IMG/VR virus record: IMGVR_UViG_3300021093_000006
From: a virus
Direction: 5' to 3' (one strand)
DNA length: 64,000 nucleotides
Made by a program: the position numbers and the translations under genes. Positions 9,040-18,232 of the stretch are shown piece after piece. Positions within the stretch are counted from its first letter, which is position 1. Each line of letters opens with the position of its first letter. Below the pieces are notes generated by a model, which was not told where the DNA came from, did not search any database, and saw nothing but the letters and a program-made list of their open reading frames with translations.

Positions 9040-9203
9040 ATTTCGAAACCAAAATTAAGTAAGATAAATCTAAATTTTCTACAATCTTCTTCACTACAAA
9101 GACAAAAATCTAATTCAAATAAAGTTATTTTACCCAAACGTAAAGTTATATTGTATTTATTTTTTTTATTACCGCTTTTCCAAGAATTTATCCAATTAAC
9201 CAT
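9036..9203 (-). CDS. 55-aa hypothetical protein (below the ORF-track cut-off)
   Basis: MVNWINSWKSGNKKNKYNITLRLGKITLFELDFCLCSEEDCRKFRFILLNFGFEI; fills the gap, and its stop overlaps the next ATG (ATGA). Confidence 0.7.
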   Translation of the reverse strand: MVNWINSWKSGNKKNKYNITLRLGKITLFELDFCLCSEEDCRKFRFILLNFGFEI

Positions 9204-9209
9204 AATTTT

Positions 9210-9539
9210 TTATTTTTGTAATTTTTTTATATTTTCTTTAACAATCATGTGAAGTTCCATTAATTGTTCTCCTCTATCTTTTTGAGATATTAAGTTGTCA
9301 TATTCACTATGCACTTTAATTTTTTCAAGTCTAATAACTTCAGATATGTTATTGATGGTATCCTTTTGTCCATTTATAACTCTTTTTAAACTATCAATTG
9401 TTTCTTTTTGTTTAATATCTAATTTTTCTAATTTTCTTACTTCACTAGATTTACCACATGATCTAACAAAGAAAATAAATAATAATGTAGATAAGATATA
9501 AATCTTATATTTTTTAACAAATTCAATAATTTTTTTCAT
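9210..9539 (-). CDS. Single-TM coiled-coil protein (inner-spanin-like)
   Basis: TM IYILSTLLFIFFV followed by heptad repeats. Confidence 0.5.
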   Translation of the reverse strand: MKKIIEFVKKYKIYILSTLLFIFFVRSCGKSSEVRKLEKLDIKQKETIDSLKRVINGQKDTINNISEVIRLEKIKVHSEYDNLISQKDRGEQLMELHMIVKENIKKLQK

Positions 9540-9552
9540 AATTAATTTTTTA

Positions 9553-9559
9553 ATAAATA
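9553..9559 (-). promoter_or_regulatory. TATTTAT putative late-promoter motif
   Basis: taTATTTATtaa, 13 nt before the start at 9539. Confidence 0.5.
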
Positions 9560-9582
9560 TACTAATTTTTAATTTTAAAGTA

Positions 9583-9608
9583 AATAGAAAAAGGGGTTAC
9601 CCCCTTTT
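9583..9608 (-). terminator. Rho-independent terminator after the sigma gene
   Basis: AAAAGGGG-GTAA-CCCCTTTT then further Ts on the minus strand. Confidence 0.75.
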
Positions 9609-9612
9609 AACG

Positions 9613-10410
9613 CTATATGCTAAAGACACCTCCCATATTATTCCTAATCTTTCTTATTGCCCCTTCTTTTATCTGTCTAACTCTTTCTTTTGTTAACCCA
9701 ACCTCACCTCCAATCATTTCTAATGTCATAGGTTCACCATTTATACCATAATAACAATTAACTATTTCAATTTCTCTAGAAGATAGACCTCTTATCGCTT
9801 TTGACATTTCTTTAGACTTTAAATACTCTTCTTCATCTAAAAAAGTATCAGGACTTTTAAAGAAATTATTTTCTAAAAGATTAACCATTTCATCACCATC
9901 TTCATTTATTGTAACATTATAAGAAATACATGTGGGTGTACTAATTTGTTCCACTTCATCATTATAAGGATCCCTATGGTTTTCTTTTTCAAAAAATTCT
10001 ATCTGTTTTCTTATTTTTGATAATTTATTGATTATATTACCTGGTAATCTAACAGTTCTGGAATTATCATTAAGTGATTGTAAAATAGATTGTTTAATCC
10101 ACCATATTGCATAAGAAATAAATCTAAAACCTTTAGTATGATCGAACTTTTTTGCTGCCGTTATTAATCCGTAATTCCCCTCAGATATTAAATCCGCAAT
10201 AGGTAAACCTTGATTTTGGTATTCTTTCGCAATTTTAATTACAAATCTTAAATTAGAACTTACTAATTTATTTAGGGCTAATTGATCACCATTTTTAATC
10301 CTCTTCGCCAATTCAACCTCTTCATCTATAGTTATTATTTCGTTTTTTCTAACATCTTTTAAGTATAGGTTTAATGAATATTCTGTTAAGTCAATATATT
10401 TGTTTGTCAT
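9613..10410 (-). CDS. rpoD: RNA polymerase sigma70 factor, RpoD/RpoS family, without region 1.1
   Basis: Region 2 NLRFVIKIAKEYQNQGL...LISEGNYGLITAAKKFD...GFRFISYAIWWIKQSI; region 4.2 GLTKERVRQIK. Confidence 0.92.
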   Translation of the reverse strand: MTNKYIDLTEYSLNLYLKDVRKNEIITIDEEVELAKRIKNGDQLALNKLVSSNLRFVIKIAKEYQNQGLPIADLISEGNYGLITAAKKFDHTKGFRFISYAIWWIKQSILQSLNDNSRTVRLPGNIINKLSKIRKQIEFFEKENHRDPYNDEVEQISTPTCISYNVTINEDGDEMVNLLENNFFKSPDTFLDEEEYLKSKEMSKAIRGLSSREIEIVNCYYGINGEPMTLEMIGGEVGLTKERVRQIKEGAIRKIRNNMGGVFSI

Positions 10411-10419
10411 AAATTTAAT

Positions 10420-10929
10420 TTATTTTCTTTTTATTTTATCACGTAATTTTGCGGCGGTTTCGTAATCTTCATTATCTAATGCCTCTTTTAATTCTTCTTC
10501 TAAGTTTTTAGAAGGGTAACTTTTATTTGTAAAATCGACAAATGTATCAAACATTTCGTCATTAATTTCTTTTAACGCTTCTTGAATTTGCATAAAAGGT
10601 AGTTTATTTATATCTTTCCCAAAAAGAGCCTCTTGATAGGAATCGTCTTCTAATTTTGCACCATAAAAACCTGGTGTCATTTCGAAAATGATATAAGATT
10701 TAATAACCATATTTAATAACTCTTCTATTTCTAGGATATTAAACGTACTTTTCAATGTTGCTATCACTAATTTCTCTCCACCAGCAAATTTACCTGTTAC
10801 AAAATTTACGTTAGTCTCTGAAATACGACTTAAAACATCCATTAAAGTGTCTTTACTATCTAATACCACTAAACAATAAGACTTTAAAAAATTATTTCTA
10901 ATTTCCATAACCATTAATATTAACAACAA
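10420..10929 (-). CDS. Protein with a C-terminal UVR (UvrB/UvrC) coiled-coil motif
   Basis: LEEELKEALDNEDYETAAKLRDKI. Confidence 0.75.
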   Translation of the reverse strand: MLLILMVMEIRNNFLKSYCLVVLDSKDTLMDVLSRISETNVNFVTGKFAGGEKLVIATLKSTFNILEIEELLNMVIKSYIIFEMTPGFYGAKLEDDSYQEALFGKDINKLPFMQIQEALKEINDEMFDTFVDFTNKSYPSKNLEEELKEALDNEDYETAAKLRDKIKRK

Positions 10930-10952
10930 TCATACATTAGTTTATTTACTGA

Positions 10953-10983
10953 CAAAAATACTAATAATTATTTAATCTGCAAA
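10953..10983 (-). promoter_or_regulatory. Bacteroidota-type sigma70 promoter
   Basis: Minus strand TTTG, 19 nt, TATTTTTG, upstream of the UVR-sigma operon. Confidence 0.6.
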
Positions 10984-13337
10984 ATAGAAATGTCATCTAT
11001 TTTCTCTACTGTCACAATTTTATCTGCCCAATCTTGCACTAAAGGGTTATGACTTATTAATAAAATTGTATCATACATCTTTTTAATCTTATCAAAAAAT
11101 ATTTTAGCTCGATCTAAATTTATATTTGCAACTTTACCTAATACCTCATCAAATACAATTACATTTGGTTTTGGGAGTGTGGAAACCCTACCTAATACTG
11201 AACGTAGTGCTAATGATGCTAATGTAGTTTCTAAACCTGATCCAGTTCTAAGTTTCTTAACTACATTATTTTTTATTAAAAGAAAGTCTACCTCATTCTT
11301 ATCATTAATTTCTAACTGTACTTCAAAATCACAAACTTCATCTAATAATCTAATAAGTTCATAATTTATTATTGGTATTAAAGAAGATAAAACTAATTTA
11401 GAAATACCATTCTTACCAATCATTTTCCCATAAACTTCAAATATTTTAAGTACATCTTCTTCTTTTTTAATTACGTCTATCATTTTTTTATTTTCTTCGA
11501 TAGAATTTTCTTTCAATGTAATATCAGAACTTAATGTTTGTATTTTATTTTTAATAGTATCCTTTTCAATATCCAAAGTTTCAATTAACTGATTATACCC
11601 TAAAATAGTACTTTCTAATTTTCTATTTTCCTCAATAAAAGTAGAATTTTTTTCATAATCTTTTAATAAATTATTTTTTTCTTTATATTCTACCCTCATT
11701 TTATCAATCTCTATATCTGTTTTATCTTTTGACATACCTAATCTATCAAATAAATCAGAATTTTTTTTCTCTTCACTTATATCTAATAATTTTTTTTGGG
11801 TGTCCGACAATAATTTAGAACTATTATCTAATTCACTTTTTTTAGTTTCAACCAATTCTTCTTTTTCTTTTATTTCGACAGTATGATCAACTTCCTCTAA
11901 AGATCTTTTACAGGTGGGACATATTTCACCTTCTTTTAAATTTAATATAGTTAATTCTAAATTTTTAATTTCTATTTCTATATTATTTTTAATTATCATT
12001 AATTTTTTTTCTTCTTCTCTAAGTTCATCATGAACTTGTTCATCATAAGAAAATTTAGGAATTTCTTCTATTTCTTTTTTTATGTCAGTTAATTTCTGGT
12101 TAAGTGAGACTCCTTTGTTAGTTAAATCATCAATTTCTTTTTTTAAGGTAATCGGATTAACTTTGGTGATTTCTTCATCTATCACATATCTTTTACCTAA
12201 CACTTCCTCTTTTTTTAGATTAGCGTCTTTAATTTTTTCTATTGTAACCTTTAAAGAACTTTCATGTTCTCTAATTTGTATCCTATTTTCACTAATAATT
12301 TTTGAATACTCCTCATTATTAATTTCTAATTGTTTAGTATTATATAGATTTGACTTCATTTTACTTTTGAATTCTGACATAAGTGTTTTATTAATCTCTT
12401 CTTTTTTCTCTATAACTTCTAACCCAATAAATTTAGTTAATAACCTACCTCTCTGCGTTGGTTTTGTCTCTATCAAATCCTCTAAATTTTTCGCAGTTGC
12501 AACTATTGTTAACATAAAATCATCATAAGAACCAATAGTCTCTGCAATTAATTTATCCGTTTCTCTCCTTTGTTCACCTTCTAAGTTTTCTTTAGAACCA
12601 TCAGATAAAATTTTAGAGAAGTCCAAAGTAGATGATACTTTATATTCACCACTTTTTGACAATTTTCTAGTTAAACCTCTCTCTATAATATATTCATCAC
12701 CATCTATTTCTATGTGACCACCTACAGTAACGCTATCTTTGCCAGTAAATGTATTGAATATTTCAGAAGATACTTCAGTTTTTGTGGTTTTCCCAAAAAA
12801 TAAAAATAAGAGTGAATCAATAGTAAAAATAGTTTTACCCCCTTGATTTGCAGGTATAGAATTAACTACAGTTAAACCATTTAAATTTTTATAGGAAATT
12901 TCATTGTTTTTACCAAAAGATAAAAAGTTATCTAACCATATATTTTTAATACTCCATCTCCTATACCTAACATTTTCTTCTTCACTATTTATTAAAACTT
13001 CATTAACTTTATCGTCTAACCTACAAAGTCTATCGTACTCAATAGTAACTTCATTCAATTTCAACCACTCTATAAATAAAGTTCTTTGGTATGCAGTATC
13101 CAATATATTATCAATTAAACCATCAGTAATATCGATTACTTTACCCGCACTATTTTTTAGAATGGGAATAAAATTTATTTTTATTGATCCTTTAGGGACA
13201 TTATACTTTTCAGAAAAATAGGTTTTAACCCTATTCACAGATTCTATTGTTCTTTCCTCTGGATAACCTTTCCAATCAATTCTAATTTGTGCCTTTTCAG
13301 GTAGATTAATTTTTTTAACTTTTTCTTTTACACTCAT
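10968..13337 (-). CDS. sbcC: SbcC/Rad50/T4 gp46-like ABC ATPase with a ~127-aa N-terminal extension
   Basis: IKNIWLDNFLSFG, Walker A NQGGKT, coiled coil with CPTC zinc hook, signature-like GSGLE, Walker B VFDEV, ISH switch. Confidence 0.92.
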   Translation of the reverse strand: MSVKEKVKKINLPEKAQIRIDWKGYPEERTIESVNRVKTYFSEKYNVPKGSIKINFIPILKNSAGKVIDITDGLIDNILDTAYQRTLFIEWLKLNEVTIEYDRLCRLDDKVNEVLINSEEENVRYRRWSIKNIWLDNFLSFGKNNEISYKNLNGLTVVNSIPANQGGKTIFTIDSLLFLFFGKTTKTEVSSEIFNTFTGKDSVTVGGHIEIDGDEYIIERGLTRKLSKSGEYKVSSTLDFSKILSDGSKENLEGEQRRETDKLIAETIGSYDDFMLTIVATAKNLEDLIETKPTQRGRLLTKFIGLEVIEKKEEINKTLMSEFKSKMKSNLYNTKQLEINNEEYSKIISENRIQIREHESSLKVTIEKIKDANLKKEEVLGKRYVIDEEITKVNPITLKKEIDDLTNKGVSLNQKLTDIKKEIEEIPKFSYDEQVHDELREEEKKLMIIKNNIEIEIKNLELTILNLKEGEICPTCKRSLEEVDHTVEIKEKEELVETKKSELDNSSKLLSDTQKKLLDISEEKKNSDLFDRLGMSKDKTDIEIDKMRVEYKEKNNLLKDYEKNSTFIEENRKLESTILGYNQLIETLDIEKDTIKNKIQTLSSDITLKENSIEENKKMIDVIKKEEDVLKIFEVYGKMIGKNGISKLVLSSLIPIINYELIRLLDEVCDFEVQLEINDKNEVDFLLIKNNVVKKLRTGSGLETTLASLALRSVLGRVSTLPKPNVIVFDEVLGKVANINLDRAKIFFDKIKKMYDTILLISHNPLVQDWADKIVTVEKIDDISILQIK

Positions 13338-13338
13338 G

Positions 13339-13845
13339 TTATCTTTTTAATATATTTGAGCCGAACCAACCTGCCTTACGTTCATCTCCGTAAATGTCAT
13401 GATTTTTATTATTTTTTTTCTTTTCGTCTTCTATTTCTTTTTTAAGATTATCGATTTCTTTATCTTTATTTTCTATTTCTTTTTGGAAATTTTTTTCCAT
13501 TTCTTCTATTTTAGTGGAAAAAATTTTCTTTTCTGTGGAAAATTCTTCATTTAAATGGAAAATATTTTGATTCAACTCCTTTATTTTTTCCATTAATTCA
13601 TTTTCATTATCTGTATCATTTATATACTCAATTTTTGTAACAATTTTTTCTACGGGTACTTCTTTAATAACCTCAACAATTTTTTCTATTTCTTTTGGTT
13701 CAAAATTACCCATAGGTGTTGCCCCATATTTTTCAGAAGTAAAACCTTGTCTAATTAATTTTAATATAAAATCGTCTATATTTGAGATGTCGTTTAATCT
13801 ACAATATTCCCAAATTTCTTCTTTTACTTTTTTAGGTATCTCCAT
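13339..13845 (-). CDS. Hypothetical coiled-coil protein between sbcD and sbcC
   Basis: 168-aa ORF abutting both neighbours. Confidence 0.75.
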   Translation of the reverse strand: MEIPKKVKEEIWEYCRLNDISNIDDFILKLIRQGFTSEKYGATPMGNFEPKEIEKIVEVIKEVPVEKIVTKIEYINDTDNENELMEKIKELNQNIFHLNEEFSTEKKIFSTKIEEMEKNFQKEIENKDKEIDNLKKEIEDEKKKNNKNHDIYGDERKAGWFGSNILKR

Positions 13846-14663
13846 TAATAATTTGATAAGTATTCTCTTTCTTCTTCTATATCATCTAAAGAGTTTATTT
13901 TGAAAACATAATAACCGTAATCAGTTTTTATATTATGTTCAGTGTAAGTTAAATCATTAACGTCCCAAAGTAAATAACCGTGATTGTCTACTCTTTCACC
14001 AAAGTCTTGTTGTATCAAACTACCACAATAGGCAATATTAATACCCTTATAGGTGAAATTTTGTCTATGATGTATATCCCCCATTAAAACTGCATCACAC
14101 CCATCAAATTGGGATAACTCCACACTTTCTTCGAATTCAAAACCTATAGAAGTAATGGCACCAGTAACAGGCGCGTGATACAAACCAATATATTTTTTAT
14201 CTTTACCAATTAATTTTCTAAATTCTTCTATGTTTGGTCTCCTATTCTCTTCAAATATAGAATAAACACACCAAACTATATTATCATCTTCATAACATAA
14301 ACTATCTTTATAATACCTAATGTTTTCATTATTTATTGCTTTAGTTATTGGTGTAATACTGTCTAACCTATCTTTATTATTTTCCAATAAATCGTGATTA
14401 CCTGCAATTATTACAACTGGACATAGTTTACTACACTCATTAAAAAACCAAGTTATTAATGCAAATAATTCATTAGAAATAGTAATTTTTTGGTGAACTA
14501 CATCACCAACTATAACAATCCTAGCATCATCATAATAAAGATTATGATCTTTAAAATAATCAGTAACTTCTTCTAAAAATTTTTTACAAACTTCTTCTGA
14601 CTCATCCAATCTTTTATATGTTCTAAAATGTAAGTCCGCAATGTGAAATAGTTTTTTTATCAT
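13845..14663 (-). CDS. sbcD: SbcD/Mre11/T4 gp47-like metallophosphoesterase nuclease
   Basis: HIADLH, VGD, GNHD, YH and GDIH motifs, then YCGSLIQ. Confidence 0.92.
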   Translation of the reverse strand: MIKKLFHIADLHFRTYKRLDESEEVCKKFLEEVTDYFKDHNLYYDDARIVIVGDVVHQKITISNELFALITWFFNECSKLCPVVIIAGNHDLLENNKDRLDSITPITKAINNENIRYYKDSLCYEDDNIVWCVYSIFEENRRPNIEEFRKLIGKDKKYIGLYHAPVTGAITSIGFEFEESVELSQFDGCDAVLMGDIHHRQNFTYKGINIAYCGSLIQQDFGERVDNHGYLLWDVNDLTYTEHNIKTDYGYYVFKINSLDDIEEEREYLSNY

Positions 14664-14667
14664 AGTA

Positions 14668-14699
14668 CAAATATATTACTTTTTTTTATTGTTTCCAAA
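14668..14699 (-). promoter_or_regulatory. Bacteroidota-type sigma70 promoter
   Basis: Minus strand TTTG, 20 nt, TATATTTG, immediately before the sbcD start. Confidence 0.7.
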
Positions 14700-14701
14700 T
14701 A

Positions 14702-15616
14702 TCATTTAAATAATAATTCTCTTTCTGTCTTTAACATGTGAAACATATCATCAACGTAATGCGAATAATCTTCACATTTAATGATTTCATAATTAGGATT
14801 TTCTTCATTATACCAAACTAAATAGTTTTCACCAAATCTTAAATTAGTATTTCTTTCTATTATTTTTTTATAGATATTCAACTGTAAAGAATAAGTATTA
14901 AATTCACAAACATCTAAATCTGATAAACAATATTTCATTTTATTACCAAATTCATTAAACATTTTTAATAAAGTATTTGTCTTCCAGTCCCATATTTGAA
15001 GGCATTGATGTTTTACATTCCAAAAAATTTGATCTATCATACCACATAACATTAATTCCTCATCCCCAACAACTAATTCTGATTTTACAGGTATCAATTT
15101 ACCTTGTGCTATTGTATCATTATAAAAATTATGGAAATATCCTTTCATAATGTTATATGTAGATTCAATTTCTTCAAATAATAAACCTTCAGAACTTATT
15201 TTAGGTTCAGGTTTTATCTTATTACTAATATAATTTTCTATATAATCGTGTAATGTAGAACCTTCATAAGTTGCATGAATATTTTTATATCTCCACTCCG
15301 CCTGAATTTGTTCTTCAGTGACCCATTCCGATTTAGGTTTAGGGTTTGAGTAATCAGGTCTACCGTAAGGATCGGATTCCATAGGGTAGTAATTTTGTTT
15401 ATTTGCGTACCTATCCGCCATAGTTTTTGCTACGTAGATATACCCTTGTTTTTCTGCCCACCTATCAAGTTTTAAAATACCATCCTCAAATTCATCTTCA
15501 AATTTATGAATTAATCCTGTACACGATATTGTTTTTATACCATTAATATAATAAGTGTGTGGTTCATCATAATATTTTATATTATTAAAAACTGATAACT
15601 CTTTTAAAATTTGCAT
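14702..15616 (-). CDS. PD-(D/E)XK exonuclease (RecB/Cas4-like fold)
   Basis: YDEPHTY, GSTLH, SEL, CGMIDQI, IWDWKT and YSLQLNIY motifs. Confidence 0.85.
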   Translation of the reverse strand: MQILKELSVFNNIKYYDEPHTYYINGIKTISCTGLIHKFEDEFEDGILKLDRWAEKQGYIYVAKTMADRYANKQNYYPMESDPYGRPDYSNPKPKSEWVTEEQIQAEWRYKNIHATYEGSTLHDYIENYISNKIKPEPKISSEGLLFEEIESTYNIMKGYFHNFYNDTIAQGKLIPVKSELVVGDEELMLCGMIDQIFWNVKHQCLQIWDWKTNTLLKMFNEFGNKMKYCLSDLDVCEFNTYSLQLNIYKKIIERNTNLRFGENYLVWYNEENPNYEIIKCEDYSHYVDDMFHMLKTERELLFK

Positions 15617-15625
15617 ATTTTACTA

Positions 15626-15632
15626 TATTTAT
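15626..15632 (+). promoter_or_regulatory. TATTTAT putative late-promoter motif (plus strand)
   Basis: taTATTTATaa, 40 nt upstream of the plus-strand pair at 15673 and 16107; its orientation flips with the genes. Confidence 0.4.
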
Positions 15633-15672
15633 AATTAATAATGATAATGATTTTTTTATTAAAAAACAAATT

Positions 15673-16104
15673 ATGAACAAAAAAATTTTATATAGATTTA
15701 TTAAATTAATTTTTTCTGAATTTGCTGGTGAATGGGAAATTAATGATTACTTTACCGATAAAACTGCATATCAGGAAGTTTTTGATTTTATTCAAAGTGG
15801 TTTAGGGATTAGTGATGCCGATCAAGTAGATTTAATTTACGCCTCTTTTTGTGAAACTTTAAAACATTTAAATGGTAATTTTTCTAATTTTACTGAAAAT
15901 GATGTTATTTTACCAGTTTTGCAAAAGTTTCGTGGCGAAAGAAGTTATTTTGCAACCGTACTATTTAAAGAATTTTATGATTTTGAAACATATTTACCAG
16001 TAATATTGGAGGGTCTAATAGAATCGTATGCAATAGATGAAGATGATGTAAGTACTGATATACGCGAAACTTGGGATGAAGAAATAATTGTAAAAAAAAT
16101 ATAA
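15673..16104 (+). CDS. Hypothetical protein
   Basis: 143-aa ORF coupled to the next gene; fills a gap between minus-strand genes. Confidence 0.7.
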   Translation: MNKKILYRFIKLIFSEFAGEWEINDYFTDKTAYQEVFDFIQSGLGISDADQVDLIYASFCETLKHLNGNFSNFTENDVILPVLQKFRGERSYFATVLFKEFYDFETYLPVILEGLIESYAIDEDDVSTDIRETWDEEIIVKKI

Positions 16105-16106
16105 TA

Positions 16107-16619
16107 ATGAAAAATATAATTAAACAAATATTAAAAGAAACTTTGGAGGATTTGGAGACTGAAGGTAGTAAATACATAGTTTTTGTTGCAGGAACTAATA
16201 CAACAGGTGTGGCACATAGTACCCAATATGACGCATTTGATAATGGTTTAGGTGATACAGATAAGAATGTTAAGTATTATAATTACAATAATCACCAAAA
16301 TAAAGGATCAGAACTTTATACGTGGTTAGAAAAAAATAAAAATAATGTAGATACACTAGTTTTATTTAGTGCAGCATGTTCATTATCCAATAATTTATCC
16401 CCACTATATGTACCTACATCTAAAACATATTGTATTGAGCCTTGGGCATCTAAAAGTGGGAAAACAACATGGACCAATCTCAATGCCAGTAATTTTTATG
16501 TACACGCAACTGATTGGCATAGAGGTGCTGGGGCTAAAGAAGGCATTCCCGAAAAAAATAAAAATAATTTAATTAGTCATATCGCAGCATTAACAGATGC
16601 GATTAAAAAAATATTTTAA
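16107..16619 (+). CDS. Hypothetical protein with ILKETLE leader and possible minimal alpha/beta-hydrolase fold
   Basis: YIVFVAG, LVLFSAAC, YCIEPW and a C-terminal SH. Confidence 0.5.
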   Translation: MKNIIKQILKETLEDLETEGSKYIVFVAGTNTTGVAHSTQYDAFDNGLGDTDKNVKYYNYNNHQNKGSELYTWLEKNKNNVDTLVLFSAACSLSNNLSPLYVPTSKTYCIEPWASKSGKTTWTNLNASNFYVHATDWHRGAGAKEGIPEKNKNNLISHIAALTDAIKKIF

Positions 16620-16691
16620 CAAAGTTTTTTAGTTAAAATATGATTCACAATCAGGTAAAAATCAAAAACAGATTATGATTTCTTATAAAAC

Positions 16692-16713
16692 AAAAAAGGA
16701 GTCCGTAGACTCC
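16692..16713 (-). terminator. Rho-independent terminator
   Basis: GGAGTC-4nt-GACTCC followed by a T-run on the minus strand. Confidence 0.7.
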
Positions 16714-16731
16714 ATAGTTTTTAATATTTTA

Positions 16732-17154
16732 TCAGAGATTAGAAATTCTTTCTAACACATTATGTAACGAGTTTTTAATTTGAGAATTCACAGTTTCTTC
16801 ATATTTTAATCTTCTTTTTTCTGTCTCAACATCAAAAATGTATGTAACTCTTTCCCAATCTCTATTAGTTAGTTTTACACTATAATGATATACATGATTT
16901 GTTAAATCAATTCTACCATAATCCATTGTAATAAAAAGATCCATTTCTTTATTTTCAATGTATCTTTTATTTGACATAGGTGCAATCATAAATTTTGTTG
17001 CGGGATGTTTAATCATTTGAAGACATACTTGAAAACAAGTCTTTTCATATGAAGTCGGTTCTTCCTCATATGTTTTAAACATTTTACTCTTTTTACTTAA
17101 CAAATAAAATCTAAGTTTTATTCTCCTAAAAAATCTAATTATTCTTTTTACCAT
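16732..17154 (-). CDS. Hypothetical protein
   Basis: 140-aa ORF with its own promoter and terminator. Confidence 0.75.
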   Translation of the reverse strand: MVKRIIRFFRRIKLRFYLLSKKSKMFKTYEEEPTSYEKTCFQVCLQMIKHPATKFMIAPMSNKRYIENKEMDLFITMDYGRIDLTNHVYHYSVKLTNRDWERVTYIFDVETEKRRLKYEETVNSQIKNSLHNVLERISNL

Positions 17155-17169
17155 TGTTTATTATTTATA

Positions 17170-17200
17170 CAAATATAAATAAAAATTTTATTATAACAAA
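17170..17200 (-). promoter_or_regulatory. Bacteroidota-type sigma70 promoter
   Basis: Minus strand TTTG, 19 nt, TATATTTG. Confidence 0.7.
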
Positions 17201-18144
17201 CTTTCTTTAATTTTTTTTGCAGTAAATAGAATATCTATTACACCTTTTTTACCTAATCTTTGATTAATGTCAGAAATATCATAACCATCAGGTAACTTAA
17301 TTATCATAACTCTATCCATTAATTTAGTAGAATTTAATTTCTTATATAACTTAATTGAGTCATTATATGCGTCAGAATCTAACAAAATGATTACTTTACA
17401 TTCTGCCTTTCTTACTAACTGAGTAAATAAATTTTCACTCATAACTTTACCTAACATAGGGATACTATTTGGTACTACTATATGATCGAATACACCTTCT
17501 ACTATATAAATGTTAGAATCCCATATAATTTTACCTTCATTAAATATAATTTCTGTTTTAGGGATATCAGGATTTTTATATTTTAATTTACTATACTTAT
17601 CATAACTTCTACCTAAAAAATAGTTGGTGTCTCCGTGTATATCATAAGAAGGGAAAATTACTCTGCCCGCATACTCACCAGTTTCGCAATAACCTATATT
17701 AAATTTTTTTATGGTATCAAAATCAATATTTCTTTTTTTAAGATATTCCATAGATTTTTTATACGCAGTAGTAAAAGATTCAATAGATAATGGTATAAAT
17801 TCTTTAGGTAACCCATCTAAAATTTTTACTTCAACATTCCTTTTAAAATTATCTACTAATTCAGGTGTTACTAATTTATATTTTTTAAGATCAGATTTTG
17901 TTCCGTATTGTTTTACTAATTTATATATTGAACCATGTGTGTTATTAGTTTCGGAACATGCCCAACATTTATAAACATTACTATCATAATTAATCTCTAA
18001 ATTACCTTTTCCATCACCCTTTTCTAACCCTTTTATATCGTATGAGCAGACAGGACAATCGAAAGATATTTGTGACTTATCTTTGTAATGTTTTCTGGGT
18101 TCACCCAAAATACTTTCTAATATTTCTACAATTATTTCAGACAT
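17191..18144 (-). CDS. dnaG: DNA primase (zinc finger plus TOPRIM)
   Basis: CPVC...CWAC zinc site, YLKKRNI, RVIFP, KYKNP, IVEGVFD, LLDSD. Confidence 0.9.
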   Translation of the reverse strand: MSEIIVEILESILGEPRKHYKDKSQISFDCPVCSYDIKGLEKGDGKGNLEINYDSNVYKCWACSETNNTHGSIYKLVKQYGTKSDLKKYKLVTPELVDNFKRNVEVKILDGLPKEFIPLSIESFTTAYKKSMEYLKKRNIDFDTIKKFNIGYCETGEYAGRVIFPSYDIHGDTNYFLGRSYDKYSKLKYKNPDIPKTEIIFNEGKIIWDSNIYIVEGVFDHIVVPNSIPMLGKVMSENLFTQLVRKAECKVIILLDSDAYNDSIKLYKKLNSTKLMDRVMIIKLPDGYDISDINQRLGKKGVIDILFTAKKIKESLL

Positions 18145-18150
18145 CGATTA

Positions 18151-18180
18151 CAAATATAATAATTTTTTTTAATATGCAAA
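18151..18180 (-). promoter_or_regulatory. Bacteroidota-type sigma70 promoter
   Basis: Minus strand TTTG, 18 nt, TATATTTG, before the primase. Confidence 0.6.
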
Positions 18181-18232
18181 AAAATATCGCCTAAAAAGAC
18201 GATACTTCAAATTATCGGTGATTTAAACGATA

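Noticed and set aside
14702-15616. Cas4 as part of a CRISPR system
   Set aside because: No Fe-S Cys cluster pattern, no other cas genes and no array; it sits in a recombination block.
18185-18204. TATCG...CGATA hairpin after ruvC as a terminator
   Set aside because: The stem is weak and mismatched with only a short T-run, so it is not listed.
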